From the human T2T-CHM13v2.0 reference genome, Homo sapiens, in assembly GCF_009914755.1 (NCBI RefSeq), contig NC_060933.1: 64,000 bases of DNA. One strand, given 5' to 3'. The position numbers were made by a program, and so were the translations under genes. Shown piece by piece: positions 59,711 to 64,000 of the stretch; within the stretch, counting starts at the first letter, position 1, and each line of letters opens with the position of its first letter. The notes under the pieces are model-generated. The model was not told the origin of the DNA, did no database searches, and saw only the letters and a program-made list of their open reading frames with translations.

Positions 59711-60702
59711 TTTCTTTTTTGATTTCATTTTTGTAAACCATTATTGCTAAAAATGTGTTGCCATTTTTAGGTAGAAGTCTCTAAGGTTTCACAGCAGCTT
59801 AATTAATATATGCCTCTTCTCTAAGCTGGGGAAGAAGTGCACACTTGACTCTGTGTGGCCTGTGGTCAGAAGGCCTCACCTACAGTGTCCAAAAGTAAGA
59901 CAGTAAGATAGAAAAGAAAAAAAAGGCATACTGATTGGGAAGTAAAAAATGAAACTGCCTTTGTTCACAGATGGCATGATTGTCTAGAAGAAAACCTGAA
60001 AGAATAAAAAAAATCTCCTTGAACTAATTGTGATTATAGTAAGGTTGCAGGACATAAGGTAAATATACAAAAGTTAATCACTTTCCTATATATCAGGAAT
60101 GAACACGTGGAATTTAAAATTTAAAATGCCATACCATTTACATTGGCACCCCTGAAAATGAAATAGGTATAAATCTAACAAAATACCTATGAGATCTACA
60201 TGAGGAAAACTACAAAAGTCCAATAAAAGAAATCAAAGAAGAACTAAATAAATGAAGAGATATTTCATATTTATGGATAGGAATACTCAATATTGTCAAG
60301 GTGTCAGTTCTTTGCAATATTTATTAAATAATATCAAATACAGTCTATTTAAAAACAAAAATAATAAATGAATATTCAGCTTGAGAGCACTGGGTGGGAC
60401 TCGGTTTTCAGGGAGAGAAGCTGGAGGAAGTGAGGTTTTACAAAGAAACGAAAGCAACATCTACTCCTAAAACAAGGGCACTTTGGAGCCTCTGGAATGG
60501 TTCATAGTAAGGAATTACTTCTTTGATTTGATTTTTGTAGACCTTTACTGTTAAAAATGTGTATTGTTTTTAGGTAGAGATCCCCAAGGTTTCACAGCAG
60601 CTTAATTAAAATATGCTTCTTCCCTAGGCTAGGGCAGAAATGCACACTCAGCTCTGTGTGGCCTGTGGTCAGCAGGCATCACCCCCAGTGCCCAAAAGTA
60701 AG
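59711..60702 (+). repeat. ~185-bp diverged direct repeat (copies ~59711-59899 and ~60517-60702)
   Basis: Shared tttttaggtag, aaggtttcacagcagcttaattaa, ctctgtgtggcctgtggtcag and ccaaaagtaag. Confidence 0.9.
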
Positions 60703-62871
60703 GAGAGTGGGGGTCAGGTTAAGGGGTGAAAGAGGGAGAGGTGACAGGGGGTTGGAAGGTGGAAGATAGGAAGGGTGGGGGTGAGAGGTGAAGGTGGAGG
60801 GTGAGAGGCAGCAGGGCAGGGAGGTGGGGTGCCAGTTGTGGGGCAGGCTCCTTTGTGCCACATTGTGGGTGTGGGGGCCTCTGTGGTCTGTGGACAACAG
60901 CAGGTCTGACTTGTCATATTCATCCTTCCCTCTGGGCCTCCTTCAGGTCCCCAGGTGGTTGGTGGGAAGGTGAGGGCTCCTCCTCTGGCTGTGACGTACG
61001 TCCATGTCAAAGCAGGACAAAACAGGGACAGTTTCTGGTGCCAGGATCTAGGGGGACACTAAACTATCACCAGCAACAGAATGAGACAGATAAATCATCC
61101 TTACCGAAGCTCTTGCAGGGGCTGGCACAAAACCGCCCTCATGTGCAGTAGGAGATGCAGGCCCAGGAGGAGAGCAAAATGGGCAGGCCAACCTCAGTAT
61201 GTGGGTGTTGTGAGTGGAATGTACAGGCATAGGGGAGGGGACACAGGTGAGTCCCCCTCACCAACTCTCCATGTCTCCTCCATCAGCAGTGACTAAGCTG
61301 GGCACAAATGTCTGTTTGCAGGGTTGTGTGTCTGGGTGGAGCTCTGCCACTGGGTGCGGTACCTTGGTGATCCTCCAAAGTGCCCAGTGGTGGAAGGATG
61401 CAGGGGAGAGCCTCCTGCCCTATGGTGGCACACATGGGCCTCATGAGGACACTCAGGGCTTGGGGAGGTGCCCAGGGGAGCTGTAGGGATCTGCTGAGCT
61501 GCAGCCCCAGTTTGACCTCACAGGGACATTTCGCACTGAGCTTCAGCGCCCACACAGGAGATGCCCGCCAGTTGCACCAGCCTTCTGGAACACTAATATT
61601 CTAGCAGAATCAGGTTTGAAACTTTTGTTCCAACTGTATGGAAAGTACACTCGTGTTAGTATTGACTATCATCACTGCCAATTCTACCTTAAAAATGATT
61701 TTTCAGGAGCTCTGCAGCTGGATAGAGGGGTAGTCTCCTTCTGCCTCAGGGAAAAGCCCAGGCTACCTTGGGAACTGTGCCATCTCCATGAAACCTCCAG
61801 GACAGCATTTGATGAGTCACTGCTCCAGAAACCACAAAGAAGTCTTCACTCAGCTGCCAGAGTAGGGAGGCCAACACCACCGCACTCAATGTCCCCACAG
61901 CCATGACCTCAGTGACCAAAGACAGCACCAGATCGGCTCACAGAGTGGAAGGCCTAGGCCCAGGTCACCTCTGGGAAAGCACAGCTGACCCACAAAACTA
62001 ACCTGAAACCTGTGTAAAAACCCACAAACCAGAAGCAAAGCAGAGAGAGAGAAGGAAGTACCGCAGGAAAGTGAGCAGTGGCTCTCCCTGAACCCTGCCT
62101 GGATGCCAGGGCTCACCTGCCTTGGGCCATCCCAGGTGAGGCTCCTCTGTCCTGCACCAGGTGGAAACTGAGGGTTTCCAGCACCCCTCGGGGCCAGTAG
62201 AACACAGTGCTAGGAATCGGAACCTTGAGAGATGGAGGGCTACTTCCGCATTGCCTGTTGTTGCCCTCTAAGACGTTTCTTTTTTAGCCATGGAAAAACT
62301 CTGTCACACACAGCCCTACCTGGATACCCAGGATATATGACTTGGGAATAAAATGGGAGGAGGTCGGCCCTGGAGCATTCTCAGGACTCTGCCTGCCCCT
62401 GGGGGCTTCCAGAGCAAGACTACGGGGTGGTCTTTCCCACTCAGAACTTGTAAGTCACACGACTTGCCCGAGCCAGAGGTGACTGAATGGGCTGCGTAAT
62501 TTCCATATTTCCTTTGTAGCGAACAAAGGCACAATGTCAATGAGAGAAGTCAGCTGGTCCTCCAGCAAACAGAACTGAGGCCTCAGTTCATTTTGCTGAG
62601 CAGGGAACTCCGCCCCACCCCACATCCCAACAGGGCTGGACCATGATCTTAGCCAAGACCCAGGGCAGGAACCTGAAGAGCCTCGGGCACTATTTAAACA
62701 CTTTGGCGGTCCTCTCGGGGCTCCAGGAGCCTAGAAGGAGATTCAAGGACACTTCAGTGCAGGAAGGGAGGGTTGGGGGAGGGGGGAAATTCCTACAGTG
62801 GGGAAAGCTCAGACCTCCCACTTCCTTCTTCAAAGCCTGCTCCACCAGTCTGGCCACCGTCACCTGTGGCT

Positions 62872-63500
62872 TTGCAGCGGGATAGGTAGTCAAGGAAGTT
62901 TTTGGGACGTGGCAACCGTGGGACGTACAGTCAACACAATAAGCCTCAGCATTCACACTGTAGTCCAGCTAATTCAAGCACAGCTATCTTCAGTAAGGAA
63001 TTTCCCCCTCTAGAGAGCATGCGCACTTTAATTTTACTTGTCCTCAGAATGACCCTTTGCTCATCATAATAGCAAAAAAACACAACCCTGGGTGGAGATT
63101 TAAGATGCTAATGAGATGTGACTTATGAACAAGCATGTACAGCTACTGCGCATGTGCACCCAGAGGACCATCCGAACATGCTTATAGCAACACCTCCTTA
63201 TGAATAATCATGAAAGCCTCCCATAAAGGGAGTCTCCCCTAGTGCCCGTCTTTAAAATAAGTGCCTAGTGCACTTATTTTAAGTGCATCTTATTTATTTA
63301 TGGATTTGTCTCATCCTTACCCCGAAGCCTGCCCTGAATTCTCTTACGGTGTACTGTCTATTCTGCACCTAACTTTCAAAATATTCTTTCTCCTTTGTAA
63401 TAAATTGCACTATTTTGCACCTCCCTTGCTGTGTTGTCTTTTGCTCAAATTCTTCTAAATCAAGAAGACAAGAACTGAGGTCTCACAACAACCATAAACA
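62872..63500 (+). mobile_element. ERV1 solo LTR (MER50-like)
   Basis: gtagtcaaggaagt...cagtcaacacaataagc...gggtggagatttaagatgctaatgag...ctactgcgcatgtgcacccagaggacca; AATAAA near the 3' end. Confidence 0.8.
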
Positions 63501-64000
63501 GCTTGGAAGGTTTTTCCAGGCATGTGATGGGTTTGAGTGAGTCAGCCACTCCTGGCCTTGCCTTCTTTGGAAGGGAGGGCAGGCGCAGGCTTCCTCTATG
63601 AGAAGCGAACACTCAGGGAGAGAGGTCAGCCTGGGGCCTCAGGCCCACCCTGATCTTAGCATGAGAGCTGATTGCCCTTCAGGAGTCAGCAGCCCAGAAT
63701 AAACTCTGAGGCCAGCTTGATAAGCCTTATCAACAAGGTCTCTTTGAGTTGCTTACAATATTTTTAATCATCTGAGAAAGTCTAAGAGTAGAAGAAAATC
63801 AGATCCCACAGATCAAAGCTGCCAGCAGCTCAGTGGGAAGGAATCAAGCTCCATGCATTCAGAAAGGCTGGGTTTATTTAGGCCCAAGGATGCTTGGGAG
63901 CCTGAGAAGCAACTCAGAAGTGTGGGAAATTAAAATCGTTAAGAAATATGCAGCATATTCTGATTTCCCAAATCTGCCATTGAGGCCATAACCAATCTTA

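Overview
Human (primate) genomic DNA from the S1PR3/SHC3 locus (9q22). The first ~30 kb is intergenic and rich in transposons. It holds L1, L2, MIR, Alu and MaLR/ERV LTRs, a processed PCNP pseudogene, a 27-bp minisatellite and a 1.7-kb CA-rich tract. A CpG-island promoter at ~31.2-32.5 kb drives S1PR3 (+ strand; non-coding exon 1 ending at 32183, 9.36-kb intron, exon 2 from 41543 with the intronless 378-aa GPCR CDS 41690-42826). The same island encodes the 202-aa predicted C9orf47 ORF, which shares the exon-1 splice donor. The terminal coding exon (53936-54064) and ~7.7-kb 3' UTR of SHC3 arrive on the - strand, so the two genes end tail-to-tail ~0.6 kb apart. No new gene family is evident. The most unusual structure is in the S1PR3 leader: four same-frame uORFs joined back-to-back by three TGA-ATG stop-start hexamers. 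Also notable are the C9orf47/S1PR3 splice and polyadenylation switch, a PCNP retrocopy lacking an internal block, and several odd L1 junctions. Repeat family names come from recalled consensus sequences and boundaries are approximate; no database search was run.
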